Translations under genes and position numbers: made by a program
Shown here: positions 29,076 through 38,278 of the stretch, piece after piece
Layout: each line of letters opens with the position of its first letter
Numbering within the stretch: position 1 is the first letter of the stretch
The notes under the pieces: model-generated
The model's database searches: none
Told to the model about the DNA's origin: nothing
The model's input: the letters and a program-made list of their open reading frames with translations, nothing else
Source: a virus
Direction: 5' to 3' (one strand)
IMG/VR virus record: IMGVR_UViG_3300005254_000003
Coordinates: 86-64,085 of that record
DNA: 64,000 bases

Positions 29076-29771
29076 ATGTCGCACGTCAAGCAATACACCC
29101 GGGTCAGCCACGGCAAAATGCAGACCGTTCGCGCCTATGATGATAAGCGTTCGCGGTCTGGAAAAAAGGTTTCACACCATGTCGTGACGATTGACAAGGG
29201 GATGGAAAAGATCAGGGAAACGGTTACGGAGCTGCTGCGGACGGATGCGGGCGTCAAGGAGCTGGAGGCCAAGGTCAAGTCCGGCGGCTTTTTAAAGTCT
29301 TTGCCCGAGGTGGCGGCGTTGTATGGGGTCGAACAAGGCGTCCACCATCCCTATCGGGATACCTTCGATCATACGATCCAGGTCATAAAACACTTGCCAG
29401 CGGATGCCAGCGATAACGTCCGCTGGGCGGCGTTGCTGCATGATATCGGCAAATCAACGACCCAACAGGTACATCCGGATCGGGGCATCGTGTTCGATGG
29501 CCATGAATACGCTGGCTACAAGATGGTGGGCAAGGTTCTCGATCGCCTGGGGTTCTCCAAGGATGATCAGGCAGAGATCAAGCATCTGGTCCTTCATCAT
29601 GGCAACCTGCGGACCAAATTCCTTCGATCGGACGAAAGCGAGGCTCGGGAATTTATGGCCCACAAGCATTTTGAGACTTTGCTGGCGTTGCATCGAGCGG
29701 ATGTGAAAGCGTCCGGCCGGGATCCGAAAGAGGTGCTCGATGCCATCGATGAATTAAGGCAAAAAGATTAG
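29076..29771 (+). CDS. HD-domain phosphohydrolase (CCA-enzyme-type HD) with N-terminal HVK targeting motif
   Basis: HH...DTFDHT...WAALLHDIGK...GHEYAG...HH; N-terminus SHVKQYTRVSHGKMQTVRAYDD. Confidence 0.85.
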   Translation: MSHVKQYTRVSHGKMQTVRAYDDKRSRSGKKVSHHVVTIDKGMEKIRETVTELLRTDAGVKELEAKVKSGGFLKSLPEVAALYGVEQGVHHPYRDTFDHTIQVIKHLPADASDNVRWAALLHDIGKSTTQQVHPDRGIVFDGHEYAGYKMVGKVLDRLGFSKDDQAEIKHLVLHHGNLRTKFLRSDESEAREFMAHKHFETLLALHRADVKASGRDPKEVLDAIDELRQKD

Positions 29772-29789
29772 TTTTATCCATAAATACAA

Positions 29790-29801
29790 GTAAGTAATTA
29801 C
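29790..29801. promoter_or_regulatory. Palindrome 5
   Basis: GTAAGTAATTAC. Confidence 0.8.
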
Positions 29802-29822
29802 ATATATTGGAGGCCCGGCTAT

Positions 29823-31982
29823 ATGTTGATCGATCTGAAAAACATCAAGGTTGTACCCTTGGCTGAATTTGATTTGGAAAAAGCGGCCTTCAAGCACGGG
29901 TACTACACCCATCTGGTGCCAAAAAAAGTCGTTGGCAAGGATGGAGTTGAGCGGATCCACTGGGTCAATCCGGACAAGGACAAAAAGACCAAGCTGGCCC
30001 GAGTGTCTCATCATCGGGAGGGTAATGAAGCCGAACACCATGCCGAGATCAGTCAGAAGCATATAATTGATCCGAAGGATTTGCAGAGGTTTTCCGAGGG
30101 CGACAAGGTGGTTGTATCCTGGGGCGCTCATAAGGGCCGTGAAGGGGTTTTCCGCGGGGATTTGGCCGGTCCTTCGCCGAGGGTGTCGGTTGCGCTTTTC
30201 AATGCGAAAACCGGCAAGCATGAAGCCAAGACGATGAACATCAATTACATCAAGTTGGTTCACCGGGCGGATGAAGAAACCAAAAAGGTAATCGAGCGCA
30301 AGACCGTCGAGGCGACCAATCTGAAAGGGGAAACGATTCTGGTCGATCGTGGGGATTTTGAAAAATACTACAAGGACCGGGACAAGAAAAAGACGATTCA
30401 AGAGCGGGTGGCCGAGGAAGCCAAGCGCCTGGTAGTCGGCGGCGTGTACCGGCGGCCGGATGGTCGGATGATCGGGGTTGAATCGTCGCTGAAGGTCGGG
30501 TCTTCGACGCAATATTCTATCAGGGTGGTTGACCGAAGAAAAAAAGCGGACAAGGTGGGAAAGGTCGACGAAGACCGGCTGCAGGGAATCTTGGACAAGC
30601 AGAAATATGAGCGGGTGCCCCGGCCGACGATCACCAAAGAGGCGAAAACTTTTGATGAAGACGACGGCACCTGGAAAAAATGGGTAACGGACAAGCCGCT
30701 CAGTGCAGATCTGGAAAGCGGCGAGCTGCATCGTAAAGGGCATTTCGGTTACGATGCAAAAACGGGGATGCGGGTTCCTACAGAAGCCGATGAGGACATT
30801 GCCCGTAAAATCCTTGCCGAGCATTGGTCGATGCTGGAACGCACGGTAAACAACCGCGTAGCGAAATATCCCACGGTGCCGGAGGGTGAAATCAGCCCAG
30901 CCGACATCATCGATGGTTTGACCAAGGCGGTGGCCAGTTACGAACCGTTGCTCGATACCGGGGGCGGGATTGAGGGGCGCCTCCGGAAGTATGCCGACTC
31001 CTACGCCCGGAGTGAGGCTGAAAAGATCCATGAGCGGGAAACGGCGACGGTGCGGGATGACTTGGTCAAGGAGGATGGGGATACCACCGATGCTCCGATC
31101 ACGTCGGCTGTCGATAAGGCGGCTGTCAAAGAGATGATCGGGGATCTCAACGAGATCATGGCTTCTGCCTTTGTTTCCAAACAAGATGCGATGATCTTGG
31201 AGGAAGGCCTTGCCGATGAGGCAGACATGATGAGTTGGCTCTACGGGGATGAAAAGATCCTCGATGTCATGAAGCGGTGGACCGGCATCGGTGAGTTTGA
31301 ATCGACCATCACCAAAAAGGAAGCTGCAGCCGAACTGACCGGTTTGGCTTACAACCCGGCGACGATGGAGCCTTACGCGACTTCGACGATCGAAACGCTG
31401 CTGCTTCCTCGGGAGCTTAACCGAATTATTGAGGCTTTCCAGAATGAGGGGATGCTCTATCCCGAGTTCATGGCGACGCTGAAAAAAGATGTCAACCTTC
31501 GGAATAAGTTGGCCCGGAATCGAAAAATCCTTCCTGTCCATCCGAAGGATGAGAAGGTCATCGCCGTTGTCCGCGAAAAGGTCAAAGAGTCCAAGGGTCG
31601 GGCGATCTATGCGGCCCAATTGATTCGCCGCGGGGTACCGCCGCGGTATGCGCCGGCGGTGATGCAGCTTGGTGATCGGATCATGGCCGGCCGAAGTGCT
31701 CCGTATGATTACGCCAAGCAGCTTCCCCGTGAGGTGTGGAAAGACGGGGCGAAGGCACTGACGCAGTGGTTCAAAGATCAATTGCCTACATCGGTGTTTG
31801 CTGGCAAACGAGCTGCAGCATTCAATTTGCCCCAGCGGTTCGATGTTGAGGGTCCGATAAACAGGGCAATCGCTGATGAAAAGCGGCTGAAGGAAGAAAA
31901 CGAGCAGGCGGCCAGCCGCGAATATTCCAAGATGGGGAAAGAGCCCCCGGCGCCTCCAAAGCCCACTAAGGTAATTATCTAA
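29823..31982 (+). CDS. Large head-region protein with KOW motif and sigma70 region 2/4-like segments
   Basis: GLTKAVASYEP (r2-like); ILDVMKRWTGIG...TKKEAAAEL (r4-like); FSEGDKVVVSWGAHKGREG (KOW). Confidence 0.6.
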   Translation: MLIDLKNIKVVPLAEFDLEKAAFKHGYYTHLVPKKVVGKDGVERIHWVNPDKDKKTKLARVSHHREGNEAEHHAEISQKHIIDPKDLQRFSEGDKVVVSWGAHKGREGVFRGDLAGPSPRVSVALFNAKTGKHEAKTMNINYIKLVHRADEETKKVIERKTVEATNLKGETILVDRGDFEKYYKDRDKKKTIQERVAEEAKRLVVGGVYRRPDGRMIGVESSLKVGSSTQYSIRVVDRRKKADKVGKVDEDRLQGILDKQKYERVPRPTITKEAKTFDEDDGTWKKWVTDKPLSADLESGELHRKGHFGYDAKTGMRVPTEADEDIARKILAEHWSMLERTVNNRVAKYPTVPEGEISPADIIDGLTKAVASYEPLLDTGGGIEGRLRKYADSYARSEAEKIHERETATVRDDLVKEDGDTTDAPITSAVDKAAVKEMIGDLNEIMASAFVSKQDAMILEEGLADEADMMSWLYGDEKILDVMKRWTGIGEFESTITKKEAAAELTGLAYNPATMEPYATSTIETLLLPRELNRIIEAFQNEGMLYPEFMATLKKDVNLRNKLARNRKILPVHPKDEKVIAVVREKVKESKGRAIYAAQLIRRGVPPRYAPAVMQLGDRIMAGRSAPYDYAKQLPREVWKDGAKALTQWFKDQLPTSVFAGKRAAAFNLPQRFDVEGPINRAIADEKRLKEENEQAASREYSKMGKEPPAPPKPTKVII

Positions 31983-31987
31983 GGGGC

Positions 31988-32016
31988 TTGACGGTTGTTG
32001 AAATTCGGAATACAAA
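31988..32016 (+). promoter_or_regulatory. sigma70-type promoter
   Basis: TTGACG-N17-TACAAA. Confidence 0.45.
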
Positions 32017-32067
32017 TAAAGTATCGATCGAAACCGAATCGAATCATATCATATCAAAGGTGACTCT

Positions 32068-32565
32068 ATGGATTTAAACAAGATGCGGGATGATGTTCTG
32101 GAAAGCCTTCGGATCAAGTACAAGGAATCTCCGGAACTTTTGAGTGACGGTGCTAAGGCGATCATGGCTATTCTTTCAACGACCAAATACATGGATTTGT
32201 ACGACGCCAAGGGGGACATGTTCGCGGACATGTTCCGCCGGGTCGAATTGGCTGAACAATTACTGGTTGAATACGAAAACAAAACCTACAAGGGGCCGGG
32301 GGATGTCAGTAATATGATTTGCCAGCTCATCCCGATCGAGATGGTGGAAACAGCCGAACATTATACCCACTTAAACGATCTTGTGTACCGGATGCAAAAG
32401 GTTTTGGATCGTAACATCTGCCTGGGTATTCGGGAATATGAGAAAGCGAACAATTTGTCTCCGTTGGATCTGAGCCATCCACTTGATCATCTTGCCGAGG
32501 ATCTTGCTCTTGCTGGGTATAAAGATACTGATGAAGACCTGCTTGCTGATGACGGTGAGGGGTAG
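32068..32565 (+). CDS. Hypothetical protein
   Basis: 165-aa ORF, AAGGTG RBS. Confidence 0.6.
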   Translation: MDLNKMRDDVLESLRIKYKESPELLSDGAKAIMAILSTTKYMDLYDAKGDMFADMFRRVELAEQLLVEYENKTYKGPGDVSNMICQLIPIEMVETAEHYTHLNDLVYRMQKVLDRNICLGIREYEKANNLSPLDLSHPLDHLAEDLALAGYKDTDEDLLADDGEG

Positions 32566-32566
32566 C

Positions 32567-32779
32567 ATGCCGATCGTGGAATTAGAACACAACCTTCAGG
32601 ATTTTGAACTCGAGGAAACCCTCGAAAAAGCACTTGGTACCATCCGTCAAAAGATCCAGCGGCCGGCTCGTAAATTCAGGCAACCGGCCCTGGAGGAACT
32701 GGCCCGGACGGTGACTGGTCAATTTGATGGTCAGATGAAAAAGATGACCAAGCGGATCGAGGGCGTCATCCAGGGATAA
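32567..32779 (+). CDS. Small head-region protein with LEKA motif
   Basis: GAGGGG RBS; MPIVELEHNLQDFELEETLEKALG... Confidence 0.55.
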   Translation: MPIVELEHNLQDFELEETLEKALGTIRQKIQRPARKFRQPALEELARTVTGQFDGQMKKMTKRIEGVIQG

Positions 32780-32800
32780 TTTTTTTGGCCTCGTGTCGAA

Positions 32801-32812
32801 GTAATTAATTAG
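32801..32812. promoter_or_regulatory. Palindrome 6
   Basis: GTAATTAATTAG. Confidence 0.7.
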
Positions 32813-32821
32813 GTTGACCAT

Positions 32822-33070
32822 ATGAGCGAAGCGGAAAAAGAGTTCACCTTCGGGGCAGAAACGGTCAGAGCGATATTTGAGGAAATCCGGGAGAACCACC
32901 GCCGGCTGGATCGTTGCCCCGGGCCTCATGATTTTGGGGTGACCGACCAAAGCGGTTTCAATTTCCGTCAGAAATGCACCTGCAGCAAATGTGGGGGTGT
33001 TCTCGATGGAGTGGCCCTGCGTTGGTATTTGAAGGGTTTGGAACACGGGAAAAAGCTGCATGCTGAATAA
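32822..33070 (+). CDS. Small Zn-binding phage protein
   Basis: CPGPHDF...CSKCGG. Confidence 0.6.
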   Translation: MSEAEKEFTFGAETVRAIFEEIRENHRRLDRCPGPHDFGVTDQSGFNFRQKCTCSKCGGVLDGVALRWYLKGLEHGKKLHAE

Positions 33071-33899
33071 AGACCAAGTTGCCGAAATTGCCCGGATCAT
33101 CCGCGAACATGTGGGTGTCGCTATTTATTATCTGACCGGGTCACCGCCGGCGGGGATCAATGTCGATAAGCTGCGGGCGGCTGGAATTATTGGTCCGGAT
33201 GTTCCCGACAGTGTCATCGCCGATGCCTACCTGTACGGGGTGCTGTCTTCGCTCGACCCGAAGGTAGCTTCGGCACCGTTTTCGGTGATCAAAGAAACCC
33301 TTCGGAACCTGCCGCTCAGTCCGATCGAAAAAGCAACGGTTGAATGGCTCAACACCTCGGCTGCGCTTTATTGCCAGGGCTTGGGGAACCGGATTGAGAC
33401 AGCGACGATGCGGATCATCCACGATGCTGCCAAAGAGGCAGTCATGCGGGACACGATCCAAACCACGATGTCGGCGGCAACCCGGCATCGTAAAACCCGG
33501 GGTGAGATGGTCACCTTGCTTCGACGGGCGACAGAGGATGTTCAGCGGGATTGGCATCGGATCGTCAACACCGAGTTGCATAGCGCCAGGACACATGGCG
33601 TGGCCCATGGGATAACAAAGCAGTTCGGGCCTGATGCCTATGTCGTCGTCCGGCCCCATCCTGATTGCTGTGACCTGTGCCGGGAGGCTTTTCTTTCCCG
33701 GGGAGTGCCCCGGGTGTTCAAGTTGGCGGACCTGGCTGCGCGGAGCAATATCGATCGCACGGCGGCTGAGATCCGGCGGGCGCCCGGGATGCCGCCGGTT
33801 CATCCTCATTGCTTGTGTGAGATGTCGTACTTCAATCCGAAGCTTCACGAATTCGACAAAGAAGGGCGGGTCGTTTTCAAACAGTTCAAGGGGGATTAA
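33060..33899 (+). CDS. Minor head protein (MuF/gp7-like)
   Basis: RDWHRIVNTELH...CCDLC...PPVHPHCLC. Confidence 0.8.
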   Translation: MLNKDQVAEIARIIREHVGVAIYYLTGSPPAGINVDKLRAAGIIGPDVPDSVIADAYLYGVLSSLDPKVASAPFSVIKETLRNLPLSPIEKATVEWLNTSAALYCQGLGNRIETATMRIIHDAAKEAVMRDTIQTTMSAATRHRKTRGEMVTLLRRATEDVQRDWHRIVNTELHSARTHGVAHGITKQFGPDAYVVVRPHPDCCDLCREAFLSRGVPRVFKLADLAARSNIDRTAAEIRRAPGMPPVHPHCLCEMSYFNPKLHEFDKEGRVVFKQFKGD

Positions 33900-34282
33900 T
33901 GTCAGATTCAGCCTCTCCATTCATTGTTGCGATCGATTTTGATGGAGTGATCGCCCAGTACGACGGCTATAAAGGGGACGATCATTTCCTTCCGCCGAAA
34001 CCTTGGGCCAAGGAAGCGATCGATGTTTTGCGGGGCCACGGGATTAAAGTCATCATTTGGACCTGTCGGAACAATGAAGTTTGCTTGAAGGAATATCTGG
34101 ACAAATACGAGATCGGCTACGATGCGATCAATGCGGATGTTCATCCTGAGATCAAATCGCCTAATCAGATCTCCCGAAAGGTATTGGCCGATGTCTATGT
34201 GGATGATCGGGCTGTCCATTTTATCGAGTGGAACAGCGTAATGGAACAGATCCTTGACCGGATGGCAGCGGGGGTCAAATGA
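33899..34282 (+). CDS. HAD-superfamily phosphatase (capless)
   Basis: AIDFDGVI...IWTCR...ADVYVDDRA. Confidence 0.85.
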   Translation: MSDSASPFIVAIDFDGVIAQYDGYKGDDHFLPPKPWAKEAIDVLRGHGIKVIIWTCRNNEVCLKEYLDKYEIGYDAINADVHPEIKSPNQISRKVLADVYVDDRAVHFIEWNSVMEQILDRMAAGVK

Positions 34283-34503
34283 CGAAAGGCTTGGTCGCAT
34301 GCGGTACTTGCGGCAGTGAAATGATCCGGGAATATCCTGACGGAAAGAAAAAACTCCGGACCAGCATACTTGTTTGGGAGGGGGATCGCTGCATCGGAAA
34401 ATGCCGAAAATGCGGGGCTGACGTGGTTTTGCCGGTGCAGTTGGCTATGCCGGTTTCTGCTACTCCGAAAAAAAAGTTGGTTCATATCGTTTATCCCCGT
34501 TGA
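34279..34503 (+). CDS. Zn-ribbon protein
   Basis: CGTC...CRKC. Confidence 0.6.
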   Translation: MTKGLVACGTCGSEMIREYPDGKKKLRTSILVWEGDRCIGKCRKCGADVVLPVQLAMPVSATPKKKLVHIVYPR

Positions 34504-34545
34504 CAGGTATTTTTGATTCTGGCTATAATATAAGTATCTAATTAC
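34500..34545 (+). promoter_or_regulatory. Consensus sigma70 promoter plus palindrome 7
   Basis: TTGACA-N18-TATAAT (34500-34529); GTATCTAATTAC at 34534-34545, then a GTAATTAG half site. Confidence 0.75.
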
Positions 34546-34671
34546 TGTAATTAGTTCGGTTTGTGGCTAAATCTAAGGGGGCAGGAATGATTTTCTAAGC
34601 GGTCGGGGTATGTTGGGTTAGCTCGTTTCATTTTCGGTTGCTGTCGGTGGGCAGCGTTAAGCTCCAATTTT

Positions 34672-34720
34672 GAGGGAGTATTCGGCAGGAAAATTGCGCC
34701 GTTTACTCCCTCTTTTTATT
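34672..34720 (+). terminator. Intrinsic terminator in the leader of the protease/capsid operon
   Basis: GAGGGAGTA / TACTCCCTC 9-bp stem plus T tract, 13 nt before the start codon. Confidence 0.6.
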
Positions 34721-34732
34721 TGAAGGTCTGAC

Positions 34733-35635
34733 ATGATGGAAAACCAAACGCCAATTGGGTTCCACGAGGACGGGTCATTCCGGTTCCATGTTCCCATCGA
34801 TCTGAAAAAAGGGGACGATGGCAAGACATGGATTGAAGGGGTCGCCAGCGTTGAAAGAGAAGACATCGCCGGCGAAACGGTTATCTTGGCCGGGATGGAT
34901 CTGTCCTATCTTTTGAGCCGCGGCTATTTCAACGACAATCATGCCAAGACCACCGATGCAAAGGTCGGCGTCCCCACCGAAGCGAAAGTTACGCCCAATG
35001 GGTTGCAGGTCAAAGGGTATCTGTTCGACACACCCCGGGCCAAAGGCATTGTTGAGTTGGCCGAGGCCCTGCAGAAATCCGGCAGCGAGCGCCGCCTGGG
35101 TTTCAGTGTTGAAGGAAAGACCCTCAAGCGTGACGGCAAGATCATCAAACAGTGTTGGGTCAAGGATATTGCCATCACCGCCGAGCCGGTCAACCCCTAC
35201 ACCTACCTCGATGTCATCAAAAGCATTTCCCATGATATCGCCGTCAATGGTTATGTCGATGATCTGGAGGAAAAGGCCCAGGCCCCGAATATAGTAGAGC
35301 CTGAGCCGTTGGGCTACTGGGACCGCCTGGAACAGATTTTTTCCAGGTGCTTGTCAAAGATCTTTGGGGGCAAAGCTCAATCCGATTTGGAAAAGATGAT
35401 GATGGCCGGAACCCAGCGGCCCGTCGAGGATGGGGGATCAGCCCTTCGGAAAGAGGCAGTCGAGGAAGGGGTGACGAATCTGGACATCCCGCAAGGTGAA
35501 ACGAAAGAGCTAACCGAGGATGAAGCCGTCCAATATCTGATGCGACGTGGTTATTCCGAGGAAAACGCAAAACGGGTCGCAAATATGATTTTCAATACCG
35601 AAAATCGGAAGTTCTTGGCAACTGTCGGCCTATAA
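34733..35635 (+). CDS. Prohead maturation protease
   Basis: IEGVASVEREDIAGE...GYFNDNH...LGFSVEG...IAITAEPVNP. Confidence 0.9.
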   Translation: MMENQTPIGFHEDGSFRFHVPIDLKKGDDGKTWIEGVASVEREDIAGETVILAGMDLSYLLSRGYFNDNHAKTTDAKVGVPTEAKVTPNGLQVKGYLFDTPRAKGIVELAEALQKSGSERRLGFSVEGKTLKRDGKIIKQCWVKDIAITAEPVNPYTYLDVIKSISHDIAVNGYVDDLEEKAQAPNIVEPEPLGYWDRLEQIFSRCLSKIFGGKAQSDLEKMMMAGTQRPVEDGGSALRKEAVEEGVTNLDIPQGETKELTEDEAVQYLMRRGYSEENAKRVANMIFNTENRKFLATVGL

Positions 35636-35652
35636 CACAAGGAGGACAAATC

Positions 35653-36441
35653 ATGACGGAACAAAAAACAACGATGCCGGAAAAAGCTTTCCTGGAATCG
35701 CTTGACGCTCTGGAGAATTTGGCAAAGGGGATGGTCCCTGTTGCGGATGATCTGGATGCGGCTGCCGGTGAGGATCTGGAAAAAAGTCAGTCGGCCGACG
35801 GCCAGGGGGAAGCTGCTGCTGACGAAGCACTGGTCAAGGGGGATGATGGCGAGGACGATGATGACCAGGACAAAGACGAAGGCGATGAAGACACCGAAAA
35901 AGCCTTGTCCGGGGATGCCCTCTCCTTTGCCGAGGAAGCCGCTGCCGGTTCCGAAAATATCCGAAAAGCCATTGAAGTGAGTGACTTCCTGGCGGATCTG
36001 GTGGACCGGGTTGGCGATGCCATCGATGGCATTCGTCAAAACCTCGATACCCGCGTCGAAACCATCGAGAAAAGTCTGTTGACGGTATGTGAGGCCAATC
36101 AGTCCGTCGTCCAGGCTGTGGCCGAAACCCTGCGGAAGTCTTTCCAGGCAGTTTCGGAAAAGACGGACCAGCAAGCTGAAACCCTGCGGAAGTCGCTGGA
36201 TATCCTCAACGATGAGTTGAGCAGGACTCCTGCCCGGGCTCCCAAGGCCAAAGTCTCCGTGCTGGAAAAAGGTTTCAACGACGAAGAAAAGGGGATCGAA
36301 ATGTCGAAAGCCGACATCCTCAAGTCTTTGTCCGACATGTTCGAGCGTGGTGAACCGGGTGTGACTTCGCTGGATGTGATTCGATTCGAGTCCAGCGGCG
36401 TGTTGCCGCCCCACATTCAGAAGAAGTTTCAAGGCCGGTAG
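35653..36441 (+). CDS. Acidic scaffold-like protein
   Basis: Lies between protease and MCP; acidic coiled coil with many xxKS/KA/KG motifs. Confidence 0.7.
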   Translation: MTEQKTTMPEKAFLESLDALENLAKGMVPVADDLDAAAGEDLEKSQSADGQGEAAADEALVKGDDGEDDDDQDKDEGDEDTEKALSGDALSFAEEAAAGSENIRKAIEVSDFLADLVDRVGDAIDGIRQNLDTRVETIEKSLLTVCEANQSVVQAVAETLRKSFQAVSEKTDQQAETLRKSLDILNDELSRTPARAPKAKVSVLEKGFNDEEKGIEMSKADILKSLSDMFERGEPGVTSLDVIRFESSGVLPPHIQKKFQGR

Positions 36442-36461
36442 TTTTTTCATCTTAAGTCGAA

Positions 36462-36473
36462 GTAATCAATTAC
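36462..36473. promoter_or_regulatory. Palindrome 8 (before MCP)
   Basis: GTAATCAATTAC. Confidence 0.8.
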
Positions 36474-36498
36474 TTCTAATCTGTAGGAGGAAATTCAA

Positions 36499-37932
36499 AT
36501 GAACGATATCATCACACTGGCTCAATACGAAGATATTCACACCGCCGGTTTCACCAGCATGCGCGAAGTTGAGGAACTCAACAAAGCCCTGGAAGCCGGC
36601 CATGACCGTCCGGTGTCCACCGGCGGCGGCGCTTTGCGCGTGGAGTCCCTGGAAGCCAGCCTCAAAGTGCTGACCCATCAGGCCAAACACTGTGCTTTCT
36701 GGCAGCGCGTTCCCAAACTACCCGCTTACTCGACCGTCGAGGAATACAATCAGTTGACGGCTGTTGGCGATGAGTCCGGAGCCTTCATTCCTGAAGGTAC
36801 GCTGCCCGATACGGTGGATTCCACCTACAACCGCGCAACCAGCCTGGTGAAGTTCCTGGGTACGACCCGCAGCGTTTCTCACCCCATGACCCTGGTCCGC
36901 ACCAACATCGGTGATGTGATGGCCCAGGAAAATGCCAACGGCATCCTGTGGATTCTCAAAAACCTGGAATGGGGCCTATTCAACGGCGACGCCGACATGT
37001 GTTACCTGGGTGCGGCTACCGATTCGACCCACCGTGAAGGTGTGGAGTTCAGCGGTCTGGAAAAACAGATCAACGCCGCCAACGTGGTCGATCTGAAGGG
37101 CGCTCCTCTGAGTGAGGGTGCGTTCTCCTATGCGGCTCAGTTGGTCGCCAGCAATTACGGTGTTCCGTCGGATTGTTTCTTGAGCTTCGCCGCTCATCAG
37201 GCATTCTGCGACACCATGCTGCCCAAAGAGCGCGTACCGCTGCCCACCCAAGGCGGTGGCTATACCGTCGGTGCCAATATCCCCGATGTGAACACCCCCT
37301 TCGGCAAGGTCAACCTCAACCCCGATGTGTTCCTGAACTCGGGCAAAACTCCTCCGTCCGCTGCGACCAGCACCAATGCTCCGACGGCTCCTGCGACCTT
37401 TGCCGCCGCAGCTATGGCTGGCACCGATGGTGTGTGGGCGACCCATGGTGGCGCCGGCACCTACAATTACGCCGTGACCGCCGTGAACCGCTACGGTGAG
37501 TCGGCTGCCGTGAATGCTGCTGCTGCCGTGACCGTGGCTGCTGCCGATCTCGGAAAGCACGTTCCCTTCACCATCACCAACGCCGCCGCCGTGTCCGTGG
37601 CGCCCGAGTATTTCAACATCTACAAGACCCTGCCGGGTGGCACCACGAAATACCTGGTCGGCCGTATCCGTGCCAACAGCGTGGCCAACGCCGGAACGAC
37701 CACCTGGGACGATACCGGCCTGTGGATGGCTGGCACGACCAAGGCTTTTGTGGGTGAGCTGAGCCCGCAAGTCATCTCCGTCAAACAGCTTGCTCCGCTG
37801 ATGAAAATGGATCTGGCGACCTTGGCTCCGGCCTACCGTTGGATGATCCTCTGCTACCTGACCTTCATCCTGTACGCCCCCAAGAAATGGGTGCAGTTCA
37901 TCAATGTCGGTGGCAGCCAACTGGCGGTGTAA
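36499..37932 (+). CDS. Major capsid protein (A511/Twort-like)
   Basis: LNKALEAG...GGALRVESLE, STVEEYNQ, ILWILKNLEWGLFNGD, LAPLMKMDLA; strong RBS AGGAGG. Confidence 0.92.
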   Translation: MNDIITLAQYEDIHTAGFTSMREVEELNKALEAGHDRPVSTGGGALRVESLEASLKVLTHQAKHCAFWQRVPKLPAYSTVEEYNQLTAVGDESGAFIPEGTLPDTVDSTYNRATSLVKFLGTTRSVSHPMTLVRTNIGDVMAQENANGILWILKNLEWGLFNGDADMCYLGAATDSTHREGVEFSGLEKQINAANVVDLKGAPLSEGAFSYAAQLVASNYGVPSDCFLSFAAHQAFCDTMLPKERVPLPTQGGGYTVGANIPDVNTPFGKVNLNPDVFLNSGKTPPSAATSTNAPTAPATFAAAAMAGTDGVWATHGGAGTYNYAVTAVNRYGESAAVNAAAAVTVAAADLGKHVPFTITNAAAVSVAPEYFNIYKTLPGGTTKYLVGRIRANSVANAGTTTWDDTGLWMAGTTKAFVGELSPQVISVKQLAPLMKMDLATLAPAYRWMILCYLTFILYAPKKWVQFINVGGSQLAV

Positions 37933-37974
37933 TTCGGTAATTCCCCTGAGACTTTAAGGGGGTTCGTAACCCGT

Positions 37975-38012
37975 GAAAACCCAGGGGTCGACTCCGACGC
38001 CTGGGTTTTTTC
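37975..38012 (+). terminator. Terminator after MCP
   Basis: AAAACCCAGG / CCTGGGTTTT stem plus T tract. Confidence 0.7.
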
Positions 38013-38042
38013 ATAAACGCTTTTTCCAATGGAGGTTATCCC

Positions 38043-38198
38043 ATGGCAACAATTTCGAATCTGACCGACACCCAAAAACGGATGCTTGAGGATTACGACC
38101 CGGCGATCAAAGAGGCGGGGCTGGCCGATCTGCTCGATGATTTGATCGACAGCAACAACGATCTCGAGGCCCGGGTGGCTGTTCTTGAAACTCCCTAA
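38043..38198 (+). CDS. Small acidic protein (51 aa), not in the ORF track
   Basis: GGAGG RBS; MATISNLTDTQKRMLEDYDP... Confidence 0.6.
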   Translation: MATISNLTDTQKRMLEDYDPAIKEAGLADLLDDLIDSNNDLEARVAVLETP

Positions 38199-38278
38199 TG
38201 CCGTCTGAGCTAATTCTTCCGGGGCGGTGAAATGCCGCCCCTTATTTGAACTGATCAAGCAACTGAAAGGATCTTCTC

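Noticed and set aside
29754-32015. 753-aa minus-strand ORF
   Set aside because: Antisense shadow of the 719-aa + strand gene; no motifs, composition typical of reverse-frame GC-rich DNA
36976-37920. 314-aa minus-strand ORF
   Set aside because: Shadow of the codon-biased MCP gene
37928-37945. GTAATTCGGTAATTC as another operator
   Set aside because: Two direct half-sites lacking the TTAC arm
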